NCBI GenBank assembly: GCA_964016885.1 | Contig: OZ024746.1 | Location: 93,310,001-93,374,000, forward strand | From: Eledone cirrhosa | Taxonomy: Eukaryota | DNA: 64,000 nt | Direction of reading: 5' to 3' | Shown: positions 40,426 to 54,298 of the stretch, one piece after another | Numbering within the stretch: position 1 is the first letter of the stretch | Layout: every line of letters starts with the position of its first letter | Made by a program: the position numbers and the translations under genes | Notes under the pieces: model-generated | Told to the model about the DNA's origin: nothing | The model's input: only the letters and a program-made list of their open reading frames with translations | Database searches by the model: none

Positions 40426-42486
40426 ATACATACATATATACATACATACAATTTATATATACATACATCATCATCATCACCATTTTACGTCCGCTTTTCC
40501 CTGCTTGCAAGGGAGGGACGGGAACTGATTCTGGCTTGATTTCTACAGCTGGATGCCCTTCCTAACATTAACCTCATTTACAGTGAGTGCTGGGTGCTTT
40601 TTTGCCGTGGAACCTCCACGACTACTTTGCAGTGGAATGATATGGACCACAGTCCCTATCATCTCATTTCTACAGCTGAGTAAACTGGAGCAATGTGAAA
40701 TAAAGTGTCTTGCTCAAGGAAACAACACATCACCCGGTCTGAGAATTGAACTCACAACCTTTCGATTGCAAGGCCAATGCTCTAACCACTAAGCCATGTG
40801 CCTCCATATATATAATTTATATATACATACATATAATTTATATATACGAGGGTAATCCCAAAAGTAAGGTCTCCAAAGCGATGGGGACACAGAGAATCTG
40901 TTCGTACGGCTGTTGGCAACACTGTTGTGATTGGTGCTACCTTCACTCCCAAACAAGCATGCGCGCGCTTCGCTGGGATGCTCAATCTTGGCTTGGCAGC
41001 CGTTGAGAATGGAGCTCTCGTTGAACGCTACCGCCAAGTGTGAATTTCGTGCAGTTATTATATACGAGGGCAATCCCAAAAGTAAGGTCTCCATCCGAGG
41101 AAAACATGCGTAAAGATCGGCGGATCACTCTGGATGCTCTCTGCATTTTGGTTCCTGAGGTTTCCCGAAGCACCATCTATATTTATTTATATATATATAC
41201 ATACACACACATATTTATTTATTTATATATATATACATACACACCATATATATTTATTTATATATATATACATACACACACATATTTATACACACACACA
41301 TTTATATATACATACATACATACAGACACTCACACATATTTATACACACACACTCACATATATTTATACACACACACACACTTATACACACACATATATT
41401 TATTTATATATATATATATTTATATATATATACATACACACATATTTATACACACACTCATATTTGTACACACACACATATTTTTATACACACACATTTG
41501 TACACATACACACATGTATATTTATACACCGACCTTACACACTTACACCTCTCTAAGACAATGTCGCTGGACCGAGATCTTTGGCGCTACGCAGTAATAC
41601 AGAAAACCCGCCTTGCCTAAGTACAAAGTGAAACCTACAGTCAGTAGGTACCTCTTAACCAAATATACACCCCCATCCCACTAACCCTACCCCCACCCCC
41701 ATCAACACCATCCCTTTCTCTGTAAAGTTATGTTGGTACCACAGCATCCAGTCTTAAATAAATGAGGTCGTGTAGGTGTCACGACAAAAAAAACACACAG
41801 TCCACGCTGTAAAGTGGTCATGTAGGTAACACAGTAAAAACCTCCCAGTTCCACACTGTAAACGTGGTTGCTGTTAGGAAGGGCATCCAGCCGTAGAAAA
41901 CCCGCCAGACAGTCCTATACGAGCAAGACGACCAATCTTGCCTCAAGTGGGACAATTCCCGTCTAAACCCATGCTAGCATGGAAGATAGACGTTAAACGA
42001 TGATGATGATGATGACACACACACATATTTATACACACATACATACATGTGTGAAGGCGCATGGCTTAGTGGTTAGAGCATTGGCCTTGCAATCGAAAGG
42101 TTGTGAGTTCAATTCTCGGACCGGGTGATCTGTTGTTTCCTTGAGCAAGACACTTTATTTCACATTGCTCCAATTTACTCAGCTGTAGAAATGAGATGAT
42201 AGGACAGGGGTCCCTATCATTCCACTGCAAAGTGGTTGTGGAGGTGCCACGGCAAAAAAGCACCCAGCCCACACTGTAAAGTGGACGTGTAGGCACCACA
42301 GAAAAAAAAAGCACCCAGCACTCACTGTAAATGAGGTTGGTGTTAGGAAGGGCATCCAACTGTAGAAATCAAGCCAGAATCAGTTGTCGTATGAGCAAGA
42401 CAAGGTCAGTCGACCGACTGCCCACAACAGGACAACCCGTCTAACCCATGCTAGCGTGGAAGAACGGACGTAAAACGGTGATGATG

Positions 42487-42548
<62 letters not shown>

Positions 42549-43959
42549 CAACATTTCACATCCGTTCTCTCTCTCTATGTATTCATTCATCTGATATAAT
42601 CTGTTAAACAACTTTAGACTAAATATTCCCCCTTCTCAAACAACCTCCTTTGTTCACTCATTGTTAGATTGTGTATAGGTTTAGCTGTGTGTGTGTGTCT
42701 TAACATGGATAAACTGCCGGTGTGTGCGGGGGAGGCCTAGCTTCTCTGTTTAGTTGTGTGTGTGTATGTCTGTGTGTGTTTTTTTCTGTGTGTATGTGTG
42801 TATATGTATGTGTTTATGTGTGTGTGTGTGTATGTCTGTTTGTGTGTGTATATGTATGTCTGCGTGTGTGTGTATGTATGTCTATGTGTATGTGTCTGTA
42901 TGTGTATGTCTGTTTGTGTGTGTATATATGTGTATGTATGTGTATGTGTGTGTATATATGTGTATGTATATGTATGTCTGTTTGTGCATGTGTGAATGTA
43001 TGCCTGTCTGTGTGTGTATGTATGTATGTATGTATGTTTATGTGTGTGTGTCTGTGTATGTATGTGTGCATGTGTATGTATGTGTGTGTGTGTATGTGTA
43101 TATATGTGTATGTCTGTGTGTGTGTATGTATGTGTGTGTATGTATACGTATCACCCAATATAGACATACACACACCATATTTTACAATATACATACTCCC
43201 CTAATTTCACCTTCTTGTGACCAGCCCTTTAATTCTCCCATTATTTTTCCTGTCACCTTTGTAGGAAATCAGGGAACCTTTTTGAGGCGTTGTCCCCGTT
43301 GCTAGGAGTTAAACTTGCCTTTCCTCTCCTTAACAATAAATTGTGCTACTGTTAACAAGGCCCCTTTAAACTTTCTACTCCCACCACCTCCTTTTAGGAA
43401 ATTCTGAACATTTGTGATTTTTTAGTGTGTGTAACTGTATTTGCACGTGGGTGTGTGTATGTATATTTACGTGTGTGTGTTTGCATGTGTGTGTGTGTAT
43501 ATATGTGTGGGTGTGTACGTGTTTGCATGTGTGTGAATATATTTATATATGTGTGAGTGTAAATTTATATATGTGTGAGTGTATATTTATATATGTGTGA
43601 GTGCATATTTGTAAGTAGTTAAATGTAACATTTACTTGTGTGTGTGTGTGTGAACTTGTAGGTAGGTATATGTGTGATCATTTACTTTGTGTATTTGTGT
43701 GTGTGTGTGTGTGTGTGTGAGTATGTGTAAACTTGAAAAATGATTTAGTTGTGTCTTTATGTGTATACATGGCCAAATAGTTAAAAAGTTAGCTTTGCAA
43801 TCATTAAGTCCTGGATTTGATCCTACAACCTGGCTTCTTTAGCAAGTGTCATTTACCTTCCTAACATGCACTTGAAATCACATGAATCATTTTGGGAATC
43901 ATTGATTACCCTTTAGGACAATAACTTTGGTCTGAAGGAAGAGTGGTGAAGATCATGAA

Positions 43960-44125
43960 ATGAGTTCAAATTTGCTAACCAGGACCTTGTCTAAGACCTT
44001 CACATCTAAACCAGCTGGCTTTGACCTTCCCAGAAAGCAATGGCTATCCCTTAATCAGATCCACACAACACATGCCAGGACAACCCATCATCTCCATCGA
44101 TAGAAAATGAAAGACAGCCCAGCAT
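43960..44125 (+). mobile_element. Small non-LTR ORF2 C-terminal remnant
   Basis: PAGFDLPRKQWLSLNQIHT..DSP, a motif I recall from LINE C-termini. Confidence 0.4.
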
Positions 44126-44489
44126 TAAGCATTTTGCAGTATGAGGGCTAAAGGCATGAGGTGTCCAGGATTGCTAGGCAATGTGTCAGAGAAAATTGTG
44201 ATGATGATGGGAAGCAGAAACAACAATAGCTGCGGTTATGGGCTTGATTGTTGTTTTGTAAGGCAAATGGATTACAAAGTTAGAACATCCATTTGTCGAT
44301 GACCGAACACTCTACTTTATTACAGACATGGAAAATCCGCACCAATTGACCTCTCACTCCCCTCCTCAACTTCTTCCAAAACTTCAGAGCTGGCACCATC
44401 AATGTAAGAATGATGATAGGAAGATTGGGAGAGATTGTAGAGATGCTAGAATGAAAAAAAATGGTGTGTGTTGTGTTGAGGCTCAGGAT

Positions 44490-45025
44490 CTGCACCAATG
44501 TCGCTGCGGATCCACCGTGGACTCTTTCGGCCTCCACCCGCTTTCCTGTCGCTACAGTGCTGGCCGCCTTCCACACCATGCTGCCCTCAATGAGGTCATA
44601 AAGCATGGTTTGGGCGCTGCGGGCTTCCCTTCCCAGCTTGAGCCGGTGGGGCTGGACCGAGGGGACGGCAAAAGGCCAGATGGCATGACCATCTTCCCGT
44701 TCCGCGGTGGCAAACCCCTCGTCTGGGATGCTACAGACACTTTCTGCAACCGCAACCTGCCACTAACCCAGGTTCTGTTGCACGTCGGGCTGAGGAGGCC
44801 AAGCTCCTCAAATACCGGTTGCTCTCTGACAGGTTTGCGGTTGTACCCCTGGCAGTGGGGACTTCTGCTGTCCTCGGCCCCAGGGCTACCTCCCTACTCA
44901 CCACCATAGGCGCTGAGCTGGCCAGCCGCAGGTGTGAACCCCGCGAGTTGGAGTGGCTTTGCCAGCGTGTCTCCCTTGCCGACTTCCGCAGGAACGCCTT
45001 CTCCATCCTGTCTGCCTGGGCTGTG
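44490..45025 (+). mobile_element. CRE-clade non-LTR retrotransposon 3' fragment
   Basis: CCHC knuckle CRCG..GLHPLSC, EPVGLDRGDGKRPDGMT..LVWDAT..QRVSLA..RRNA. Related scraps at ~49620-50010. Confidence 0.8.
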
Positions 45026-45059
45026 GGGGGGGGGGGGGGGCATCGTGTAACATTCCATA

Positions 45060-47295
45060 TTTAGGTATCCAGATTGATGTACAAGAGACTAGATGCAGAG
45101 GTGTGTCAGCTATATTCATTGTGGACAAAAAACGATGCTACAAATTTTTCTGGGTGGGCAATAACAATGGACTGGGTGGAGTAGGTATTATGTTAGCAGA
45201 AAAATGGGTAGTTAATGTAATTGCTGTAAATAGAGTGAATGACAGAATCATTAAACTTAGACTAGTCCTAAATAGAACAACTGTAACAATTATATCTGCT
45301 TATGCACCTCAATCTGGACTGTCAGACAAACTAAAAGAAAGGTTTTACGAATACTTAATGCATACTACTTCTATAATAAGTGACAGTGACTTCATAATCA
45401 TAGCAGGTGACTTTAAAGGGCATGTGGGGCAACACTGTGATGGCTTCTATGGAGTTCACAGAGGTTAGGGGTTTGGCGTGAGAAATGAGAAAGGTTTCAG
45501 GCTCCTGGAAATCTGTGACGCCTATGATCTATCTTTCTGTAACACAAACTTTAAAAAAACAGACAATTACTTGATCACCTATAGATCATGTGTTCTTGCC
45601 AGACAGTTAGATTTTATCTTTACCAGAAGACGAGATAGTGAATGTTGTAAACATAGTCCCTCCCTGGTGAGGAATGCATCTCCCAACATAACCTATTAGT
45701 TAGCGACCTCATAGTTAAGGCTTGACAAACTCGGCAACAGAGGGCAGAAGAATATGGATGTTAAAGAACCCCTCAGCTAGTAACAAATTCAGAGGTATGT
45801 TGCTTGATGCTTTTGACTGTAAGGAAAAGCAAATAGAGAGATACAATATAGAGGAACAGTAGGAGTTTCTGAAAGACAAATAAAATCTGTGGCTGGAGCA
45901 GGTTTGTAGGGAGAAGGAAAGTGACATGATGGTGGAATAGAAGGGTGGATGACACAATTAAGGCCAAGAGAGAGGCATGGAAGGAATGGGGAAAGTAGAG
46001 AACACTACCAGGATGCTAAGAGAGAAGCTAGGCAACAAGAAGGGAAGTAGAAAATTAAAAACATTAAGCATGTTTTGCAATGTGAGGACTAAAGGCATGA
46101 GGTGTTCAGGATTGCAAGGCAGTGTGTCAGAGAAAATTGTGATGCAGATGGGATGAAGTGTTTGAGGGCATAAATGGCGTTCTTGCCCTCACTGATGCTG
46201 AAAAGAAAGTAGCATGGAAGTGCCTCTATGAATGACTACTGAACGAAGAGAATGTATGGTAGGAAGATAGTTTTCCCCAAGTAAACCCAACAGAGTGACC
46301 GGCTATACAAGTCAGCAGCAGCATAGTAAATGAGTCAATTAAGGATATGAAGATAGGCAAAGCAGCTGAACCTTTGGGGTAGTTGCTGAGATTTTGAAAG
46401 CAGCAGGGATGATGGGTCACACCATAACCCTTTAGTTACCAACTCAGCAGCAGGGATGATGGGTCACACCATAACACTTTAGTTACCAACTCAGCAGCAG
46501 GGATGATGGGTCACACCATAACACTTTAGTTACCAACTCGGCAGCAGGGATGATGGGTCACACCATAACACTTTAGTTACCAACTCAGCAGCAGGGATGA
46601 TGGGTCACACCATAACACTTTAGTTACCAACTCGGCAGCAGGGATGATGGGTCACACCATAACACTTTAGTTACCAACTCGGCAGCAGGGATGATGGGTC
46701 ACACCATAACACTTTAGTTACCAACTCGGCAGCAGGGATGATGGGTCACACCATAACACTTTAGTTACCAACTCGGCAGCAGGGATGATGGGTCACACCA
46801 TAACCCTTTAGTTACCAACTCGGCCAAAACTGGTTCTGGTTCTATGAAATAAAACCACCCATTTTAAAGGTTTCCAATTTAAATTCATTAAGTTACTATC
46901 TCAGTAATGAAATAATTAATAATTTTAGTAAATCCCTCAAAAGTCTTCATTAATTAATTAAAATAAAGTGTATTTCATTAGAAATATGATCATGAAAGGG
47001 TTAAACACCTGTATTGTAAACCAAGTAATACAAAATGGTGTCATACCAAATGACTGGTGTAGCAGCATCATCATCAACTGCTACAAGTGCAAAGGAGATG
47101 CTCTAGACAGAAAAAAATGATCATATATAGACATCAAGTTGATGTCTATATATGATCGTTTATATAAAGGTCAGAGAAAGAGTTATAGCACAACTGATTA
47201 GGGATTGAGTTAACCCAGATGAGATGCAGTTTGGATTAGTGTCACTGATGCCCTCTTTCTTGTGAGGCAACTGTAGGAGAAATACCTAACTAAAA
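45060..47295 (+). mobile_element. Decayed RTE LINE (APE endonuclease to start of RT), interrupted by a MITE and minisatellite
   Basis: GGVGIML..IISAYAPQ..IIAGDFKGHVG; later IVNQVIQNGV, EMQFG and VRQL*EKYL. Confidence 0.82.
46400..46823 (+). repeat. 47-bp minisatellite, about 9 copies, spanning an RTE/MITE junction
   Basis: Unit cagcagggatgatgggtcacaccataacactttagttaccaactc(a/g)g. The last unit continues into a MITE ending aaagggttaa at ~47003. Confidence 0.9.
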
Positions 47296-47399
47296 GTACC
47301 CCCCCCCCCCCCCCCCCTCAATGATAATCTCCTCATCCACCCTGACAGTTATCATTTCCATTCTTTCCAACCTTCTCTGCTGGATCGAATTAATCAAAT

Positions 47400-47720
47400 T
47401 CATCATCATCATCATCCCTTAACCCTTTTCGGGGTCATTGGGACACTGCAGTGTTGAATGCTGCTCCAACTAGCTCCAATCCTGGGAGTCATGGGTGAGT
47501 GCTTGGGTTGTGGCAAAATTCTTTCCTGTCCACTCAGCTATGTTGTCTGTCTACCACTTCCTCTGTCTACCCTGCCTTCTCTTTCCCCGCACTGTCCCTT
47601 GGAGAATTGTCTTGGAGAGTCCGTCCGATCTTGTTTGCCCATACCACCTCAGCTTCCCCTTCTTTATTGTGGTCACCATATCTTCAAAGTATCCCAGTAC
47701 CATCATATAATATATCTTTT
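47400..47720 (-). mobile_element. RTE-type LINE 3' fragment (different family)
   Basis: KLRWYGQTRSDGLSKTILQGTVRGKRRQGRQRKW with (TGA)n tail. Confidence 0.75.
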
Positions 47721-47879
47721 GTTTTGCCTTAATATATATATATACTTGTGTAGAAGTGAATCCTGTGTTAAAGTTGCACCCCAATTTTCCACCCCAAAAT
47801 TTGAATTGAATTTTTCCAATGTATTTCATGTAAAAGGTGATTCTAGTTCTCCACAGACAACAGATAAACATTTGTGTAT

Positions 47880-48350
47880 AAAGATATTATCTTGAACATA
47901 AATGTTACAATGTGGATATTAATTTTGTTATATTTGGAGAGGGCAATGTCCTAATATTGCCAAAAATAGTAAAACACACTCACTGTTTGGTTTGGCTTCA
48001 CATCAATATATATTTATATATCCATAAATAATTTAGCTGGCAATCAATGTTTATCATTGATTGACCAACAGTTAAACATATAAATATAAATTCTCACAGT
48101 TCTTTCATCACACACTTTTCTGTGACATCTTCAGAGATTATAGCTGCGTTTCCTCCAGTTGTGTTTCGATAACGTTTTTCGTTTTTTGGTTGTCTCTGTT
48201 TACGTATGTGTTTGTGTGCGTGTATTAATTTTGCTCTCTTAATTTGTTCTGATGTACTTAAATAGAAATATTTATAAGAGCTTTGTTGCCATATTAATGT
48301 CTTGTGGTAGTATGATGTATACATTGATGTGTGATGTTTAACCACTTGAA
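47880..48350 (-). mobile_element. Diverged Penelope 3'/pLTR remnant
   Basis: Colinear similarity to 24270-24620; CTGAAGA..GAAA core at 48103-48134. Confidence 0.65.
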
Positions 48351-48371
48351 TATAGTATCTGTTAAATTTAA

Positions 48372-48543
48372 CCCTTTAGCATTTAAACTGGCCATATCCA
48401 GCCAGAATTCTCTCGAAATGGCTGTAACCGGCTGCTCATACTGATGTTAAGGTGTTGTTCTCAAAATAAATAATATCAAAAGCTCATAGATTCAACATTA
48501 TGTGAGACAATAGTAAATATAGAGTAATGTAAATGCTAAAGGG
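48372..48543. mobile_element. piggyBac-like MITE ~70 bp upstream of the TIMM50 last exon
   Basis: TTAA|CCCTTTAGCATTTA ... TAAATGCTAAAGGG|TTAA. Confidence 0.8.
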
Positions 48544-48614
48544 TTAAGTTAAAAACATCAACTGTACATTAGTAGATCAAGTATGTTTCAATTTTTATTC
48601 ATCTCTCTTTGCAG

Positions 48615-48707
48615 GAAGAACAGGAAAAAATGGCAAGTTACTTAGATGAACAGGAACGAAGAAAAAAATCTAGCTTCTGGATGCCTTCATTGTTTAGTCG
48701 TCGGTGA
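48615..48707 (+). CDS. TIMM50: Last coding exon of TIM50
   Basis: Polypyrimidine acceptor atctctctttgcAG, phase 0 and compatible with the 17216 donor. Encodes EEQEKMASYLDEQERRKKSSFWMPSLFSRR-TGA, resembling the TIM50 terminus (human EEQQRLAELSK...). Confidence 0.8.
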   Translation, partial: EEQEKMASYLDEQERRKKSSFWMPSLFSRR

Positions 48708-49198
48708 TATTGTTTTTAGTAGTAGGAAGTTTGAGGTGAAACTAGAGTTTGTGGTGTATATATGAGGTGAGTGCGTGAATGTGTGTGTGTGCATATCTGT
48801 GTGTAAATGTGTGTGTGTGTTTACCGGCATGTGGGGATACAACTAGCAATAACATGTTATCAGAAACAAATCAAGTCAAAACTATACTTTCTGAAGCATA
48901 ACAGAAATGTCTAGTTTTATGTGTATATATATATATATATATATGTATGTATATATATATGTATGTATATATATATGTATGTATATATATATATATATGT
49001 ATGTATATATGTATGTATATATATATGTATGTATATTTATATATATGTATATTTATATGTATGTATATTTATATGTATGTGTGTATATATATATATGTGT
49101 ATGTGTGTGTATATATATATGTATGTGTGTGTATATATGTATGTGTATATATATATATATATGTGTGTATATATATGTGTGTGTATATATATATATAT

Positions 49199-49239
<41 letters not shown>

Positions 49240-49252
49240 CATATATATATTT

Positions 49253-49296
<44 letters not shown>

Positions 49297-50441
49297 TGGT
49301 ATTTATGTATGTATTCATATATGCCTGTGTATGTGTATATACACATATATATATATAAGTATATATATATATTATATATTAAAATGTTTCAAAATTTCGA
49401 TTTTGTTTTGGTTTTCTTCATTTCCTTTTTTAATATTTGCTACTATATCATTTTTCTGGATGATGAAATTGAGTTGGGATAATATCATAGGATATGTTTA
49501 GAGAACTATCAGATTTTCATACTGCTTTTTTGTTTAATATTAAAGGATTTGGCTGAACTGGTAGAGCATCAGATGAAATACTGTTGTTTTAAGTTTGATT
49601 TCTTCTGTGGATTACTTGGGTGGTAGATTTGATCCATCATCCAGCTTAAGAGCTCCAGTGGAGACTTCTGGTGTCCTTGGCTTTAACGACTACCGCTCTA
49701 CTCACCACCATCGCCACGGAGTTGGCTACCTGCATGTGTGAGCCTCGTGAGCCTTGCGAGCTTGAATGTGTCTGTTCGCCAAGGCCGTGGGGTGGCCCAT
49801 TTGCTTCTAATAGTGAGAGATGAAGAGAGTGAGAAAGACTGAGGCTGTGACTATACCAGATTTGCTGAAGTATTTTACAAAGTTAACGGAGTTGGCTACC
49901 CGCAGGTGTGGGCCTCACAAGCTTGAATGGCTCTTCCAACGCATCTCTCTCACCATCCTCTAGGGAAACGTCTTCTCTATTCTGTCCACCGGGGCCTCAT
50001 GGCGACCAGCGTGTGGGCCCCAATTTGCTTATAATAGGGAAAGATGGGGAGAGCAGGAGATATGGAGGGGGCAGTGAGTGAAAGAGTGAGAACATCAACA
50101 CTTATTTACTTATTTATTTGTATTTACCAGTTTCTGATGTTAGTAGTTTGTGATGATTGATAAGATAAATGATCTTACCATATTTGTCAAGTCAGTGTAA
50201 GGGGCTCAGGGTAATTACTTCACCTGCAAGAAATAGCAATAACTAACTTGTGAGTGAAATTTGGTGGACAGAAACCTTTTGGAAGCCCATGAAATGGACT
50301 CTACTCAGCTACTTACACCTTTCAAGAGCAGGCCGTTCAATTGATTGAACAATTGGAACACTCACCATCGAAACACTCGAGGTTCATAATTAATCAACCC
50401 TACTGCAAGCATCTGAGCCTGGTCTCCAGGACTGTGACAGG

Positions 50442-50749
50442 CAGGGTTGGATTTAGACCTTTTGGGGCTTGGAGCACTTCAAGTTTGTGGGGCCCCTCAT
50501 ACACAAAAAATTAGAATACACAGCAACCTCCCCAATTTTACATATCAAAGTTAGCTTGGTGCAAGTAAATGGAATTGAAAAGTTATACATACAGGTATTA
50601 AATTAAAAAATTCTAACCATCCTAAAACTAAAAAGGCCAGCTGAGGGCACAAATAAATTGCTATGGCTGTTGCTGGAGCCCTCCCCCCACACACACTGCA
50701 TGTGGTCTATGGCAATTGCCTCCTTTGTTCCCCATTAAATCTGGCCCTG
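50442..50749. mobile_element. hAT-like MITE
   Basis: 8-bp TSD GTGACAGG on both sides; TIRs CAGGGTTGGATTTA / TAAATCTGGCCCTG. Confidence 0.75.
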
Positions 50750-51036
50750 GTGACAGGAGTCATGTCGTACTGTGGCACTATAGTGTCAAGACTGGAGTTA
50801 CGTCATACTGTGGTACTATGACAGGAGTCATATAGGGATTGTATAGGTTCAAGACTAGAGTGATGTCTTGCAGTAGTACTATCAGATCTAGTCTGTGGTT
50901 AAGATATTGTTGCCCATATCATCACATACCTACTGCTAAGGTTTCACACCTAGAACAGAAGTTGAAAATTATGTACATGAGGACTTGTATGAAAATACAA
51001 ACTCTCAAAAAAAAGGTACCCTGTGCAAAAGCACGG

Positions 51037-53965
51037 CACATTGTGTTGAAAGAAAAAGGCGGACAATTGCAAATAATCTCAGAGTCCCATCGGTCCTATG
51101 ACAGTTTGCAGTATGTTCTATTTTTTCCTTTTGGCGATGACGGATGGCATCATCAGCTGTTAATGAGCAACAACAAGAAGTTGACGCCAATGTGCTACTA
51201 TGCCTATCGAATAATGAACGATGAGAATGAATTCAACCAACTTCTCAGAGGCGGTCGTTTATTTCAGCAATATTTGGTTGACATGGCTGCGAAGATTGAA
51301 GGAGATAGACTGCAATACACCCGAATGAATCAAACATCATTGCGATCTACAACATACAAGGGCCTTACTGGCACATTGAATGATGATGACGATTTTCTTC
51401 CACATTTGTCGGTGGAGCGATGCCAGGATGCCATGATGTACATACGGAAGTACGGCAATCCTTCGTTCTTCATCACAATGACATGCAATCGAAACAGGCC
51501 CGAAATCCGGCAAAACCTATTCCTGAATCAGAAGCCACATGACAGGCCAGATTTAATTGCCAGAGTATTTGACCTGAAGCGGAAACTGTTAAGAAAGTAT
51601 CTTACTGGAGTAGATGGCCTATTTGGCAAGTGCATAGCTTACGTGTTGACAATCGAATATCAAAAGCGAGGTCTTCCTCATGTGCACTGTTTGCTATGGC
51701 TCAATGAAGCCACCAAGCCCAGACTGCAGGAATATGATAAATTTGTTCAAGCCGAAATACCAGATCCAAACAAAGATCCAGGGGGTCCTGAATTGGTGCT
51801 GAAGCACATGATCCACGGTCCGAATTGCTCTAACAATTCGCCGTGTTGGAAAGATGGAACGTGCAGTAAGCCGTACCCTAAGCATTTCAATGAATATACA
51901 TTGTGTGGAGAGGACTCTTATCCTGTGTACAGAAGACGGTCTCCAGGAATGGGAGGATTTGAGGGACACCAAGAAGGAAGGGGAAGCCGAAATATAACTT
52001 CGGAATGGGTGGTTCCCTACAATATGAAACTATTAAAACTGTTCAACTGCCACCTAAACGTAGAGATGTGCTCTTCCGTGAAATCGATCAAATACGTTAT
52101 CAAATATACCATGAAGGGCAGTGATCAGGCAATGTTTGGAGTGAACAGGGAAGATGAGATAATACAGTATTTAACAGGAAGATATATCGGTCCTTCAGAA
52201 GCTGTTGCCTTGGTACTTGGATTTCCAATTCATGAGAGAGAACAGGCCGTAGTTCGCCTTCAAATTCATCTACCTGAGGAAAATCAAATCTTCTTTCGGG
52301 TCAATGCTGCTGTTAAAGTAAACAATAACATGGCTAAGACAACTCTGACTGAGTTCATGGATCTCTGCTATCGTGATCCGTTTGCAAAAACATTGTATTA
52401 TGCCGATGTCCCAAAGTTTTACACTTGGAGTAATAAGAGATGGGAAAGGAGAAAGGTGGGGAAAACAGTTGAGCAGTATCCAGGGATTTTTGAGGCGAAC
52501 GTTTTGGGACGAGTATACACTGTTTATCCACAAAATGGTGACCTGTATTATTTAAGACTCCTTCTGCATCACGTCAAAGGGCCAGTATCCTTCAACGCTT
52601 TGAAAATGTGTGATGGAGAACTCCTGCCATATTTCAAAGACGTCTGCAGAGAGAAAGGTTTGCTTCAATCGGATGATCATTGGCAGCAGACTCTGGACGA
52701 TGCTGAGCGAACAAGACTTCCCAAAGCCACGAGAGATCTATTCATCATGCTCCTCACAAATACGGAAATTGACAATTCCAGTGCTTTATGTGTTCGATTT
52801 AAGCAGTTAAGCAGTCGCTGTCTGAGGATTACCTTCAAATAGAAAAAAGGGATACCAGAAACTCTAACCTTTTGATTAGCGACAGACATTATGATCAATG
52901 TCTTCTGTATTTTGAAGACAAACTTAACAACCTGGGCAAAAGTCTTAGTGACTTTAACTTGTCAAGGCCAAATAATATTGTTGCTAATCAGGATATTGGC
53001 AATTTTGAGTTTTGCATCAATTGCAATACACCAGAGAAGAGCAGCGACGATTTGTAGAAGAGACGGAGCCTCTATTGAATAGTGAACAAAAACACGTGTA
53101 TGACTTCGTTTGTAACAGTTTAGAGACGAACACATCTGCATTGATTTTCATTGACGCTCCAGGTGGAACAGGAAAAACAGGGGAAACGGTGACGTGGCTA
53201 TTGCTGTTGCGTCATTTGGCATTGCCGCAACACTGATAGTAGTGAAAGAAAATGGTCTGTGCAACATTGATAAAAAACTCAAAGACGGCAAATCTCTTCC
53301 AACATACAAGGCTGATTGTTTGTGATGAGTCTCCTATCATTCGGAGGGAAAGCTTCGAAGCTGTTGACTTCACTCTGCGTGACATATGCGACAACAATGA
53401 GGCATTCGGTGGAATTTTGACAATTTGCTGTGGCGATTTCCGCCAGCTTCTTCCGGTAGTGAAAAGGGGAAATGAAGCGGACGTGGAAAACGCCTGCATT
53501 AAAAAATCCTACTTATGGCGAAACTTCAAAAGATTTCAGTTGAAGACAAACATGCGATTGGGGGGAGGGGGAGCAGGAGACTATTCACAGTTCCTATTGG
53601 ATATTGGAGAAGATAAGATAAAAAAAATTGAAAATGAGGAAATTATTTTGCCAAAAGAAATGGTTCTCCAAGCAACAACTATGGAAGAATGTATTGATTT
53701 CATCTACCCCTCATTCGACAATCCAACTGAAGTGTTTTCGAACAATTGCATCTTAGTACCTCTCAATGGAATGATGAGAAGCATCAATTCCACCTGTATC
53801 AGACTCTTCCCTGGAACCATAAAAGAGTACCGATCCTATAATTCTGTGAGTGATGGTGCCAATGCCACTCATTTCCCGACTGAATTCCTTGATTCGGTTG
53901 AACTGCCACCACATAACCTGGAATTGAAAAAAGGATCGCCAATAATTCTTATGAGAAACTTGAAT
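51037..53965 (+). pseudogene. Decayed Helitron RepHel (HUH Rep + Pif1 helicase)
   Basis: Rep motifs FFITMTCN, IEYQKRGLPHVH and KYVIKY; helicase motifs DAPGGTGKT, CDES, FGG..GDFRQLLPV and NMR. Has frameshifts and deletions, and is truncated by a SINE at ~53970. Confidence 0.92.
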
Positions 53966-54215
53966 AAAATAATTGTTTCTACTTTTTGGCACAAGGCCAG
54001 CAATTATCCAGTGTATTACTGGCACTTTATTTTATCGACCCCGTAAGGATGAAAGGCAAAGTCAACCTCGGCGGGATTTGAACTCAGATCGTAAAGGGAC
54101 GTAACTATGCTGGAAAGCATGGCGTCCGACCCTCTACCGATACTGCCAATCCACCGAATAAAATAATGTGAATGCTAAAGGGTTAAGCAATATATTTGAC
54201 ATCTGTACAGCTCTG

Positions 54216-54298
<83 letters not shown>

